A stretch of 64,000 nucleotides of DNA from a virus. Where the stretch lies: positions 24,822 to 88,821 of IMG/VR virus record IMGVR_UViG_3300045988_068528. One strand, 5' to 3'. The notes below the pieces were generated by a model. That model did not search any database, had not been told where the DNA came from, and saw nothing but the letters and a program-made list of their open reading frames with translations. The stretch's first letter is position 1. Every line of letters starts with the position of its first letter. The position numbers were made by a program, and so were the translations under genes. Shown here piece after piece: positions 56,710 through 64,000 of this stretch.

Positions 56710-56755
56710 AAGTTTCGGTTTTTTTTGCTATCTTTGCATCAAAAGACCGAAACTT
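56710..56755 (+). terminator. hairpin / terminator candidate enclosing a promoter box
   Basis: 10-bp stem AAGTTTCGGT / ACCGAAACTT with a 26-nt loop that contains TATCTTTG (56729-56736). A T-rich tract follows. Confidence 0.4.
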
Positions 56756-56786
56756 TATTTTTATTAATTATTCAGGATAACAGATT

Positions 56787-57299
56787 ATGGCAGATTTATT
56801 AGATTCATCACAGATTCGGCAGATAGGTGTAACTATATTTTCAGCTATACTTGCCTTTGCCACGCCGACTGAAGGATTCGTCTTGGCGTTGGTTATTGCT
56901 TTCGGCTTCAATATCTTCTGCGGTATGCGAGCTGACGGTGTGAGTGTTGTACGATGCAAGAACTTTTCTGCATCAAAGTTCAAGAACGCAATTTTGGAAA
57001 TGCTGCTTTACGTATCTATCGTATATGTGATATACGGCATCATGTTAGGTTGCAACGATGGTACGGAAGCTTTATTTGTGATCAAGATGCTTACGTATAT
57101 ATTCTGCTATGTGTATATATGCAATGCGTTTAAAAATCTCATCAAGGCGTACCCTAAGAACATCTCATTCCGGGTTATTTACTATATTCTGAGATTCGAG
57201 TTTGCGAAGGCGCTTCCTAGCTACTGGAAGCCGATTATTGACAGACTCAACAATGAGTTTGATAAAAAAGAGGAGGAAAACAAAAATGGCAAACAGTAA
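56787..57299 (+). CDS. holin (putative)
   Basis: 170 aa with about four hydrophobic helices and a charged C-terminal tail. It lies directly upstream of, and overlaps, the endolysin gene. Confidence 0.55.
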   Translation: MADLLDSSQIRQIGVTIFSAILAFATPTEGFVLALVIAFGFNIFCGMRADGVSVVRCKNFSASKFKNAILEMLLYVSIVYVIYGIMLGCNDGTEALFVIKMLTYIFCYVYICNAFKNLIKAYPKNISFRVIYYILRFEFAKALPSYWKPIIDRLNNEFDKKEEENKNGKQ

Positions 57300-57795
57300 G
57301 ATTTTGGAGCCTTTCATTCTCAAGTGGGAAGGTGGCTTCGTTTACGATAAGGACGATTTGGGTGGTGCGACAAATATGGGTGTGACTCTCGCTACGTACC
57401 GATCAGTATTCGGCAGCAAGAAGACCGCAAAAGACCTGAAGCGTATGACCAGGGTGCAATGGGGTGTAATCTTCAAGAAGTTCTACTGGGATAAGTGGGA
57501 GGCTGACAACATCAAGGATCAGAATGTTGCAAACATCCTCGTGGATTGGCTTTGGTGCAGTGGTTCTTATGGTATCAAGATTCCTCAGAGGGTGCTTGGT
57601 GTGTCTGTCGATGGTATTGTTGGATCGAAAACAATTACAGCCATCAATGAAAAGGACGGTAGAGAACTGTTCGATACCATCAAGCAGGAAAGAAAGGATT
57701 TCATTGACCGTATCTGCCAGACAAGACCTCAGAACAGAAAGTTCAAGAAGGGTTGGCTGAACAGAATTAATTCGCTTGCTTATGAAACTGATTGA
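57286..57795 (+). CDS. endolysin, GH108-type N-acetylmuramidase with a peptidoglycan-binding domain
   Basis: The N-terminus reads KWEGGFVYDKDDLGGATNMGVT, matching the EGG...D.GG.T..GIT signature. The C-terminus reads LGVSVDGIVGSKT, which is PG_binding_3-like. Confidence 0.8.
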   Translation: MANSKILEPFILKWEGGFVYDKDDLGGATNMGVTLATYRSVFGSKKTAKDLKRMTRVQWGVIFKKFYWDKWEADNIKDQNVANILVDWLWCSGSYGIKIPQRVLGVSVDGIVGSKTITAINEKDGRELFDTIKQERKDFIDRICQTRPQNRKFKKGWLNRINSLAYETD

Positions 57796-58225
57796 TAAGA
57801 TAACAAGGGTTGTAATTGCCATTGCAGTAGTAATGCTGATTCTATCAATGTTCTGTAGATGCACTACTACTAAGTATGTCCCTGTCACAGAATACAAAGA
57901 TAGGGTCGTAGTAAAGACGGATTCTTTATTGAAGACTGATTCCGTCTATGTGCATGATAGCGTATCTGTTTATATTAGAGGCGATACAGTCTTCAAGGAC
58001 AAGTACCATCTTCAATATAAAGACAGATACATTGTAAGAAACAGATCAGACACCTTGATTGTACGAGACTCGATACCGTATAAGGTTGAAATAGAGAAAC
58101 AACTATCAAAGACCGATAAAGCTTTCTTGAATATAGGTAAGATAGCATCAGTTTGTCTTTTTATAGGTGTTCTTGCGTTTTTAGGTTGGATATACTGGAA
58201 ATTAAAGCTACACAAACGTTCTTAG
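57776..58225 (+). CDS. lysis accessory protein (spanin-like, putative)
   Basis: 149 aa with an N-terminal hydrophobic segment ending ...LSMFCRC and a C-terminal transmembrane helix. It overlaps the end of the endolysin gene. Confidence 0.45.
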   Translation: MLMKLIDKITRVVIAIAVVMLILSMFCRCTTTKYVPVTEYKDRVVVKTDSLLKTDSVYVHDSVSVYIRGDTVFKDKYHLQYKDRYIVRNRSDTLIVRDSIPYKVEIEKQLSKTDKAFLNIGKIASVCLFIGVLAFLGWIYWKLKLHKRS

Positions 58226-58268
58226 TTTTTTCTAATGTTTTTATTTGGTTATTGATTTATAAACAAAA

Positions 58269-58301
58269 AGGGGTGACCGCACGCGATGTGTAGCCACCCC
58301 T
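58269..58301 (-). terminator. terminator of the leftward accessory unit
   Basis: 7-bp stem AGGGGTG / CACCCCT. On the minus strand it is followed by TTTTTGTTT. Confidence 0.5.
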
Positions 58302-58326
58302 AAACATATAGATAATGCACAGAAAT

Positions 58327-58959
58327 TCAATCTTCTTCAGCTTGCAGGAACTTAATACTATACTCCGTTTCGTAATGTTTCTTCTGTTCGTCGGTCAGAA
58401 TTCTTGTTTCGCTATCAAAGAACAGGGTAAGCAGCTCTCCATAATCCTTGTCGTAAAAGTAGTTATACTTTCGGCAAAGATAATTTCTGGCATTCATACA
58501 CTTGCCGGAAACTGTCTTAAACTTACGCTTTGTCTTCTGTGGCAAACCGCTGGCAGCTCTCAGCTTCTCAACGGCAAGAACCTTTCTCAGTGTTTCCTGT
58601 CTCTTTCTGTTAGCCTCATCGGTACGTGTACGAGCAGCACTCTCCTTCTGTATTCGTTTTGTAGTCTCAGCTGTATGCTTGACCCCAAGCCTCCTCGCCA
58701 GGTTGTTGACCGATGCCTTTGTTATACCGAGAATCTTCCCTACCTCTGTGGCAGAAAGATCTGGATAGAGATTACGAATAGCCTGATTCCTCACCTCCTT
58801 CGTTTCCTTCTTCCTTTTAATAAAGGAGTCCCCATGCAGCTTATGTAGCCACCAGTAGATGGTCTGTATGGTGCATCCGAATGACTTCGCCAATTTGCTT
58901 GGCGACTCACACGGATGTTCCTTTATGTAATTTTTCTGTTCGTCTGTAAGTACGTTCAT
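58327..58959 (-). CDS. DNA-binding protein with HTH-like segments
   Basis: 210 aa. SKLAKSFGCTIQTIYWWL and ATEVGKILGITKASVNNLARRLG look like helix-turn-helix motifs. Confidence 0.6.
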   Translation of the reverse strand: MNVLTDEQKNYIKEHPCESPSKLAKSFGCTIQTIYWWLHKLHGDSFIKRKKETKEVRNQAIRNLYPDLSATEVGKILGITKASVNNLARRLGVKHTAETTKRIQKESAARTRTDEANRKRQETLRKVLAVEKLRAASGLPQKTKRKFKTVSGKCMNARNYLCRKYNYFYDKDYGELLTLFFDSETRILTDEQKKHYETEYSIKFLQAEED

Positions 58960-58962
58960 AGG

Positions 58963-59298
58963 CTATCGGTTATCACCACTTCCGTGTAATTTCCCCCTCA
59001 ACTGGCGAGAATGGAGTTTTTCGTAATTCATCTTTCCAATATCACTAAGTTTGAATCCAATATCGTGAGAAAGGGTTGCGCAATACCATAATACATCACC
59101 AATTTCTTTGGCAATTTCCAACTTCTTTTCATCTGTAAAGACAGAATCGTTATCACGCAACACTTTCTTAACCTTATCGGAAACTTCACCAGCTTCGCCT
59201 GTCAATCCTAATGTAGGATAAATGATAGGGTTAGGATAAATAGCAGTCTCTAGAGCTAACTGCTGATACTCGTCTAATGTTAAATTGTTATTTTCCAT
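58963..59298 (-). CDS. MazG-like nucleotide pyrophosphohydrolase
   Basis: Contains LTGEAGEVSDKVKKVLRD...EIGDVLWYCATL...NYEKL, the characteristic MazG helices. Confidence 0.8.
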   Translation of the reverse strand: MENNNLTLDEYQQLALETAIYPNPIIYPTLGLTGEAGEVSDKVKKVLRDNDSVFTDEKKLEIAKEIGDVLWYCATLSHDIGFKLSDIGKMNYEKLHSRQLRGKLHGSGDNR

Positions 59299-59313
59299 TT
59301 AAATATTTAAAGT

Positions 59314-59445
59314 TTAAAATTCATGTTTCTTGCAAACCTTATCACAAGATGTTTCGCAATCTTTTTTGTAGCACCATCCATTGCCTAAGATGTCTTCGCG
59401 TCCCATCCAAAGACAGTTACCACAACATTTTTCTTCTTTTTCCAT
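59314..59445 (-). CDS. small Cys-rich protein (43 aa)
   Basis: Hand-translated MEKEEKCCGNCLWMGRED...CDKVCKKHEF. It fills the gap between neighbouring genes. Confidence 0.4.
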   Translation of the reverse strand: MEKEEKCCGNCLWMGREDILGNGWCYKKDCETSCDKVCKKHEF

Positions 59446-59446
59446 A

Positions 59447-59677
59447 TTACTGATGTTTTATCACTTCCAAATACTTCAACTTTGCAAATCGGTATGATTC
59501 ATACACCTCATCTACATTCACATCTGTATTAAAAGCGAGAATACATCCTTTGTCATCATAGAACCCAAGGATGATATACTTTTCTTCTACATACCCTGCA
59601 ACGTATGCGCCAATATCTTTACCTTTATAAAGAACAGGCTCTCCACGATACGCATTAAAAAATTCTTTATTTGTCAT
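59447..59677 (-). CDS. hypothetical protein (76 aa)
   Basis: ORF tightly packed between neighbouring genes. Confidence 0.6.
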   Translation of the reverse strand: MTNKEFFNAYRGEPVLYKGKDIGAYVAGYVEEKYIILGFYDDKGCILAFNTDVNVDEVYESYRFAKLKYLEVIKHQ

Positions 59678-59680
59678 ACG

Positions 59681-60001
59681 CTATTTGAATTTAATGATAA
59701 AAAACTCGGTATCAAGCCACTTGTCTGGGCACATTCCCTTCTTTGGCTTACCGATGGTGATACTCTCAATTTCCTTCTCAATTCGTGGACTATCCTTGCG
59801 GTAGCCGTTGATGAAAAGGACGTGGGTGTAAACCATTCCGCAATATGTTTCTGCCGCCACATCATAAGCTACTTCACAGTTAGTAGTCAGACGTTCAATC
59901 CAATAAGGTTTTATCTCCCGGTACTCCTCCGTCTTTTCGCCAGCAGAAATCATATCAAACCACTGCTTCTTGACGGACAGATGCAATACTTTCTTTTTCA
60001 T
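59681..60001 (-). CDS. ASCH-domain-like protein
   Basis: The N-terminus reads LHLSVKKQWFDMISAGEKTEEYREIKPYWIERL, resembling ASCH/PUA-like domains. The match is from memory only. Confidence 0.5.
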   Translation of the reverse strand: MKKKVLHLSVKKQWFDMISAGEKTEEYREIKPYWIERLTTNCEVAYDVAAETYCGMVYTHVLFINGYRKDSPRIEKEIESITIGKPKKGMCPDKWLDTEFFIIKFK

Positions 60002-60003
60002 AC

Positions 60004-60516
60004 TTATATCTTATATCTATTAAACTGATTTATAATCTTTTTAATTTCACTATCACGAAGGTGTAGAAAAGGCTTAAAAGAAGGCTTTCTATATACCTTG
60101 TTTCCTATCAAAATATCGGAATCATCCATCCATTGCCAAAGATACGGTGGACGGCTATCCAAACGAGGGTCGTCAACACGATTATTAAGTGCAATCGCAT
60201 ACACAGAGACAAGTGCCAACCTGCTTAATCTCTCGAATTGTTCTGCGAATAGCAGTGGTCTGAAATCGCATACACATGGAACGTTCTTCATCATTCCACC
60301 TCCTTCCCAAACCTCATTGCCTTCACAATCTGTCAGACCTGTAAATTGGCAGACCGTTAAAGGGTCAACCTGATGTGCATCGTTTCTATTAAGCATTGAT
60401 TCACTCTGCCTATCCTCGATGATGTAAGTGTTACCACTTTCAGCATAGAAGTAACCTTCTACCCACTTACCATTGTCAAGTCGTTTAGCCTTGAACTTGA
60501 TATTTTCTATTTTCAT
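60004..60516 (-). CDS. YopX-like protein
   Basis: Contains KFKAKRLDNGKWVEGYF... and QFTGLTDCEGNEVWEGG, typical of the YopX family. Confidence 0.6.
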   Translation of the reverse strand: MKIENIKFKAKRLDNGKWVEGYFYAESGNTYIIEDRQSESMLNRNDAHQVDPLTVCQFTGLTDCEGNEVWEGGGMMKNVPCVCDFRPLLFAEQFERLSRLALVSVYAIALNNRVDDPRLDSRPPYLWQWMDDSDILIGNKVYRKPSFKPFLHLRDSEIKKIINQFNRYKI

Positions 60517-60519
60517 AAG

Positions 60520-60798
60520 CTATCTTAAAATCTTAATTTTGATACCTAAATACTTTTCCATTTCTTTTAACCCATTTTCGTTTACACTATAATAATATAT
60601 ATCACGAGGAGCCCCTATACCATAAGGCTGAATGCTTCTTTTAGCATATCCTTTTGACCATAAGGAATCCCATAATGTATCTGGCTCATCATAATACATC
60701 ACTCCATTGCGAAAGGCTTCATAAACACCTCTTTTTGGTTTCTTCCAATCTAAGCCAATGCAATGTTTCATCTTGTATAATTCGTCTGATGTAAGCAT
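60520..60798 (-). CDS. hypothetical protein (92 aa)
   Basis: ORF with an ATG start. Confidence 0.6.
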   Translation of the reverse strand: MLTSDELYKMKHCIGLDWKKPKRGVYEAFRNGVMYYDEPDTLWDSLWSKGYAKRSIQPYGIGAPRDIYYYSVNENGLKEMEKYLGIKIKILR

Positions 60799-60904
60799 AA
60801 CTATTATTCTTTAAAATACGACTTTATTTTATTCCAATTTCTAATAGGTTCAACATCACATATATATGTAACGCCATCACCATTACAACATACCCATTTC
60901 ATAT

Positions 60905-61048
60905 TTATTTTCCCTTTCCGTATAAAAGTTCAACACTCTTTCTTAGCACTGCCTCTATATGGTCTCTTTCGAGGTCTCTAGGCTGTCTAAGAAGCCATTC
61001 TATATCTCCGTCTATCAATTCTTGATAGGCTCTCCTTGATATTTCCAT
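60905..61048 (-). CDS. possible small protein (47 aa)
   Basis: Hand-translated MEISRRAYQELIDGDIEWLL...YGKGK. It fills a gap. A further 32-aa ORF (60804-60902) follows. Confidence 0.35.
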   Translation of the reverse strand: MEISRRAYQELIDGDIEWLLRQPRDLERDHIEAVLRKSVELLYGKGK

Positions 61049-61050
61049 AA

Positions 61051-61437
61051 CTATTCCTCCACTTTTACCCAAAACGGAGTCCCATCGTCAAAGGTGTACT
61101 CTTTAAAAACACGGGAGAAGTCTTTAACACAACTGTTACTTCCTAAAAAACTTACGCCAGCTTGAGATACACTAACTATAGCTGTTAGTTTGCCTGATTT
61201 TATTTCTTTTACCCATCCATTTGGATGATGATTTCTTATCTCTTTCAAGCATGTATTTGAATAAGTAAAAGGAATCCATGTAGGCTCATGTTTGATGCGA
61301 TACTCTACATCGTCATAGAAATACGGTTCTATACAAGTTCTCCATTTGCAGTCACCTTTGTCAAAATACTCAATATCTTGACCTTCGCTGTATGCCTGAA
61401 TAATAGGCAGTAACTCCTTTGCTTCTTTTCTTGTCAT
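61051..61437 (-). CDS. hypothetical protein (128 aa)
   Basis: The first ATG is at 61437 (MTRKEAK). The track start is a TTG. Confidence 0.6.
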   Translation of the reverse strand: MTRKEAKELLPIIQAYSEGQDIEYFDKGDCKWRTCIEPYFYDDVEYRIKHEPTWIPFTYSNTCLKEIRNHHPNGWVKEIKSGKLTAIVSVSQAGVSFLGSNSCVKDFSRVFKEYTFDDGTPFWVKVEE

Positions 61438-61439
61438 AA

Positions 61440-61793
61440 TCAATCCTCTAATTTCTTGATTAATAAATTACTTTTCTTATCAAATGATTTATAACCACTA
61501 CGAAGATACCAATCTAGAACAAATCTATCAGATTCATCTTTGTTAAATTCCAATCCGATTGTCTTCACCCCATTCAACTTAGCTTGTTGTTCAGCAAGTT
61601 GTAATAGACGTTTTGCAACGCCACATCTTCTATGATTATTATCTACAAAGAGTGCATATATTAGAGCATCAGCTTTGCCGAAAATATCACTAACATATAA
61701 TGGAATGGATATTTGAACTGAGCCAAGATGTTCTTCATCAGTTATTAAAATTCTGATTTCGTCCTTCCATGTCTGCTTTTGTATCATACTCAA
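61440..61793 (-). CDS. GNAT-family N-acetyltransferase
   Basis: LFVDNNHRRCGVAKRLLQLAE matches GNAT motif A (R/Q-x-x-G-x-A). Confidence 0.75.
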   Translation of the reverse strand: MSMIQKQTWKDEIRILITDEEHLGSVQISIPLYVSDIFGKADALIYALFVDNNHRRCGVAKRLLQLAEQQAKLNGVKTIGLEFNKDESDRFVLDWYLRSGYKSFDKKSNLLIKKLED

Positions 61794-61993
61794 TCCTCTT
61801 TATATTCTTCCCATCCATTCTCCCAAGAGCCACCTGAACGGATAGCCCAAAACTCTTGTTTAGGAAGGATAGTTCCTTCTTCATCAACTAACTCCTTTCC
61901 TTTGTATTGAACAAACTCACCTTTTGAAAATGAGTTATGTCTTATCGGCTTTCCTACGCTGATAGCGAAAGCCATTGCTTCTTGCTTTGTCAT
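61790..61993 (-). CDS. hypothetical protein (67 aa)
   Basis: The start MTKQEAM is just after the upstream stop. Confidence 0.55.
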   Translation of the reverse strand: MTKQEAMAFAISVGKPIRHNSFSKGEFVQYKGKELVDEEGTILPKQEFWAIRSGGSWENGWEEYKED

Positions 61994-61994
61994 A

Positions 61995-62333
61995 TCAATC
62001 CTCCAACTTTTCAATAGGTTTCCAATGAGTGATAATATTACCATAGAGCTTGTTGTATCTAAAGCTATTGCCTACATTAATGTATTTGTCTCTTGAATCT
62101 GTCCATACTTCCGTAGGTTTTACTTTGCTACAAACTTCCACATTCTCGTTATAAGGAGGCAACTCATCCTCAACAGATACCCAGTCTGACTTTCCTAACT
62201 CTATCAAAGCATCATGCAATAAGCTATTTGCCTTTCTCAAAGGAGCATTATGCTTATCGCTTCCAAACTCCAAGCTATCAATATTGCTGCTGATAACTTC
62301 TTGTATCAGCTCTTTAACTTTCTTCTTATTCAT
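61995..62333 (-). CDS. hypothetical protein (112 aa)
   Basis: The first ATG is at 62333 (MNKKKVK). The track start is a GTG. Confidence 0.6.
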   Translation of the reverse strand: MNKKKVKELIQEVISSNIDSLEFGSDKHNAPLRKANSLLHDALIELGKSDWVSVEDELPPYNENVEVCSKVKPTEVWTDSRDKYINVGNSFRYNKLYGNIITHWKPIEKLED

Positions 62334-62338
62334 AGTTG

Positions 62339-62644
62339 TCACAAATTAAAATATTCACGTATCTGCTCACCTGTCATGCGATATACCTCAGATATTCGGC
62401 AGTCTCTAATTGAGCTATCACAGGCACTGGTATGTTCATCATTACAACTACCATCAGCAACACGCTCTACGGCTTCTTCTGGTCCTGTTGCAAAGTCAAC
62501 GCTTAGAAGTTCCTTTTTTTCATCACTAAGCCCTTTTCCTTCCAAAGCAATATTTAGAGCGGTTTGCAACTCGTCATGAGCCTTGTCTGAATAACCAATA
62601 GCCTTATCTAGATGAAGTTTGATTGATTTCTCTTTCTTATCCAT
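62339..62644 (-). CDS. hypothetical protein (101 aa)
   Basis: ORF with an ATG start. Confidence 0.6.
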   Translation of the reverse strand: MDKKEKSIKLHLDKAIGYSDKAHDELQTALNIALEGKGLSDEKKELLSVDFATGPEEAVERVADGSCNDEHTSACDSSIRDCRISEVYRMTGEQIREYFNL

Positions 62645-62700
62645 ACTTCCATATTCTCTTCTTTTTACCCTCTCCCTGTTACCAAGGAGAGGGTGGTTAG

Positions 62701-63189
62701 TTAATCTGTTACAATCTCCCAGTCTTCCGCAAATACATCAGAAGCGGAAGGAACCCAAGAATCTGCTCTTCCATCTGGATTGATGATAAGCATCTGATTG
62801 GTGTAGTCAATGTGAGGATTCTCACGATTCATCAAGATGGTCTTGGCATACTGAGGAAGTGACTGCATCTTAGGAATGATGTCACCAGTGATATGAGAAG
62901 GAACCTGCTTCACGATAAACAATCCCTTTCCATTCCATCCCTTGCGTCTTACAGCAAGACCAGCCTTCAGCAAGTCAATAGCACCACCGAAGTTAACAGA
63001 GCCTACTTCACGATAGGCTTCCTCAAATACACTCTTAGGAGACCAAGACTTATATCCGTCCTTGTACTCTACCAAGTAGCCATCTTCCTCAACGGTTGCT
63101 GGCTTAAGTTCTCTACCAAGCACTTTCTGTGCTTCTACCATAGTCATAGGCTCTGCCATAATGACTTTTGTACCAATAAACTTTTTCAT
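62701..63189 (-). CDS. DUF2829 / Tad2-like protein (candidate immune-signal sponge)
   Basis: The C-terminal half reads FGGAIDLLKAGLAVRRKGWNGKGLFI...PDGRADSWVPSASDVFAEDWEIV. This matches the DUF2829 pattern as recalled (F..A...LK.G..V.R.GWNGKG ... W.PS..D..AEDWE). Confidence 0.65.
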   Translation of the reverse strand: MKKFIGTKVIMAEPMTMVEAQKVLGRELKPATVEEDGYLVEYKDGYKSWSPKSVFEEAYREVGSVNFGGAIDLLKAGLAVRRKGWNGKGLFIVKQVPSHITGDIIPKMQSLPQYAKTILMNRENPHIDYTNQMLIINPDGRADSWVPSASDVFAEDWEIVTD

Positions 63190-63223
63190 ATTACTTATAT
63201 TTATGTCCTATAAGGACGGTTAG

Positions 63224-63472
63224 TTACTCTGTTACTTCCTCGTAAGTCTTAGCGAAAATATCAGGCTTACAAGGATAGAACTCTCCGTTTATACCTTTGA
63301 TGATATAGTCACCAATAGATGCTTCCATATCTCCTTCTAAGGTGTGAATCACAAGGGTAGCTCCTTTGTTCTCAACGGTTCCACCCATAAAATCGTCAAT
63401 CTCTGACAAATTCTTGCCATTCCACAGAATAGCTTCAATGGTAACTGGCTTCTTTCTGTACTTTTTAATCAT
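63224..63472 (-). CDS. conserved-looking small phage protein (82 aa)
   Basis: ORF containing ...[27 protein letters not shown]. Confidence 0.65.
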   Translation of the reverse strand: MIKKYRKKPVTIEAILWNGKNLSEIDDFMGGTVENKGATLVIHTLEGDMEASIGDYIIKGINGEFYPCKPDIFAKTYEEVTE

Positions 63473-63507
63473 ATTACTATCTATTTATATCCTTTGCAGG
63501 ATGTCAG

Positions 63508-64000
63508 TTACTCCTCAACTTCAACAAACTTTCCGTTTTTAAGTTGATACCAAGTATCAGCCTTGATATTTTCTCCGTCAACGTACTCAGTCTTAACACA
63601 TACTGGAACATTACGTTTCTTTTCATCGCTCCATTTCCATTCTGCCAGCGTTATCCATGAGCCTACCTTTGTTTTTGCTCTAGAACTATTGCCAGCACAC
63701 ATGATAACGGAATCTTCTCCAGTGCTATTAATCTGAGCAGAGTCACCGCTTGAACCAATCTGAGCAGAGTAACCGCTTGAACCAATCTGAGCAGAGTAAC
63801 CGCTTGAACCAATCTTAGCATAGTTACCGCTTGAACCAATCTGAGCAGAGTCACCGCTTGAACCAATCTTAGCAGAGTAACCGCTTGAACCAATCTTAGC
63901 AGAGTCACCGCTTGAACCAATCTGAGCATAGTTACCGCTTGAACCAATCTGAGCAGAGTCACCGCTTGAACCAATCTGAGCAGAGTAACCGCTTGAACCA
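63508..64000 (-). CDS. nonapeptide-repeat protein; 5' end lies beyond the window edge
   Basis: The frame of MCAGNSSRAKTKVGSW... stays open upstream through the 27-nt repeats. It reads (IGSSG[D/Y/N][S/Y]A[Q/K])n then INSTGEDSVI. The track ORF 63663-63974 is the wrong frame. Confidence 0.6.
   Translation of the reverse strand, partial: GSSGYSAQIGSSGDSAQIGSSGNYAQIGSSGDSAKIGSSGYSAKIGSSGDSAQIGSSGNYAKIGSSGYSAQIGSSGYSAQIGSSGDSAQINSTGEDSVIMCAGNSSRAKTKVGSWITLAEWKWSDEKKRNVPVCVKTEYVDGENIKADTWYQLKNGKFVEVEE
63733..64000 (-). repeat. 27-nt tandem repeat, at least 10 copies, truncated by the window edge
   Basis: The unit CTGAGCAGAGTCACCGCTTGAACCAAT is repeated head-to-tail. Substitutions occur at only a few fixed positions. 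Confidence 0.9.

Noticed and set aside
57271-57276. AGGAGG upstream of the endolysin ATG, as a Shine-Dalgarno site
   Set aside because: It lies inside the holin coding sequence (KEEENK). No other gene start in the window has such a site, so it is likely incidental.
63663-63974. Track ORF MVQAVTLLRLVQ...
   Set aside because: It is an off-frame reading of the tandem repeat. The frame continuous with the non-repetitive C-terminus (IGSSGDSAQ...) is preferred.
63733-64000. Possible CRISPR array, because of the regular 27-nt periodicity
   Set aside because: The units are contiguous with no spacers. They also lie in an open reading frame continuous with the 63508-63702 ORF, so this is a coding tandem repeat.

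Overview
The window reads as most of a tailed dsDNA phage genome of siphovirus type. Supporting genes are the large terminase, portal, MuF-like head protein, scaffold, capsid, a tail chaperone with a -1 frameshift, a 2084-aa tape measure, a 2266-aa fibre and a lysis cassette. The host is probably a Bacteroidota member. This is inferred from TAnnTTTG-type -7 boxes before several operons and the lack of Shine-Dalgarno sequences before starts.

Layout:
- 1-16.2 kb: a leftward array of about 32 small early genes. Almost every one is preceded by the same stop / hairpin / TTAACCAA / ATG spacer cassette.
- 16.2-17.5 kb: an AT-rich divergent control region.
- 17.5-23.1 kb: a rightward replication and nucleotide-metabolism module (D5/P4-like primase-helicase, HNH, frameshifted DUF1599-like gene).
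- 23.3-29.1 kb: a leftward packaging module. The terminase is split by an intein.
- 29.2-52.5 kb: rightward head, tail and fibre genes.
- 52.7-58.2 kb: accessory units and the lysis cassette.
- 58.3-64.0 kb: leftward accessory genes (MazG, ASCH-like, YopX-like, GNAT, DUF2829/Tad2-like, and a protein of 27-nt tandem repeats that runs off the window edge).

I saw no tRNA, rRNA, CRISPR array or integrase.

The most unusual feature is a stand-alone reverse transcriptase (5988-7253, minus strand) inside the early operon. It is followed on the same strand by about 1.3 kb that has no credible ORF but many long hairpins (4643-5987). It does not fit the usual DGR, group II intron or retron layouts, so I flag it as a candidate RT plus cognate non-coding RNA system. 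All functional calls rest on motifs read by eye. No database search or computation was run.
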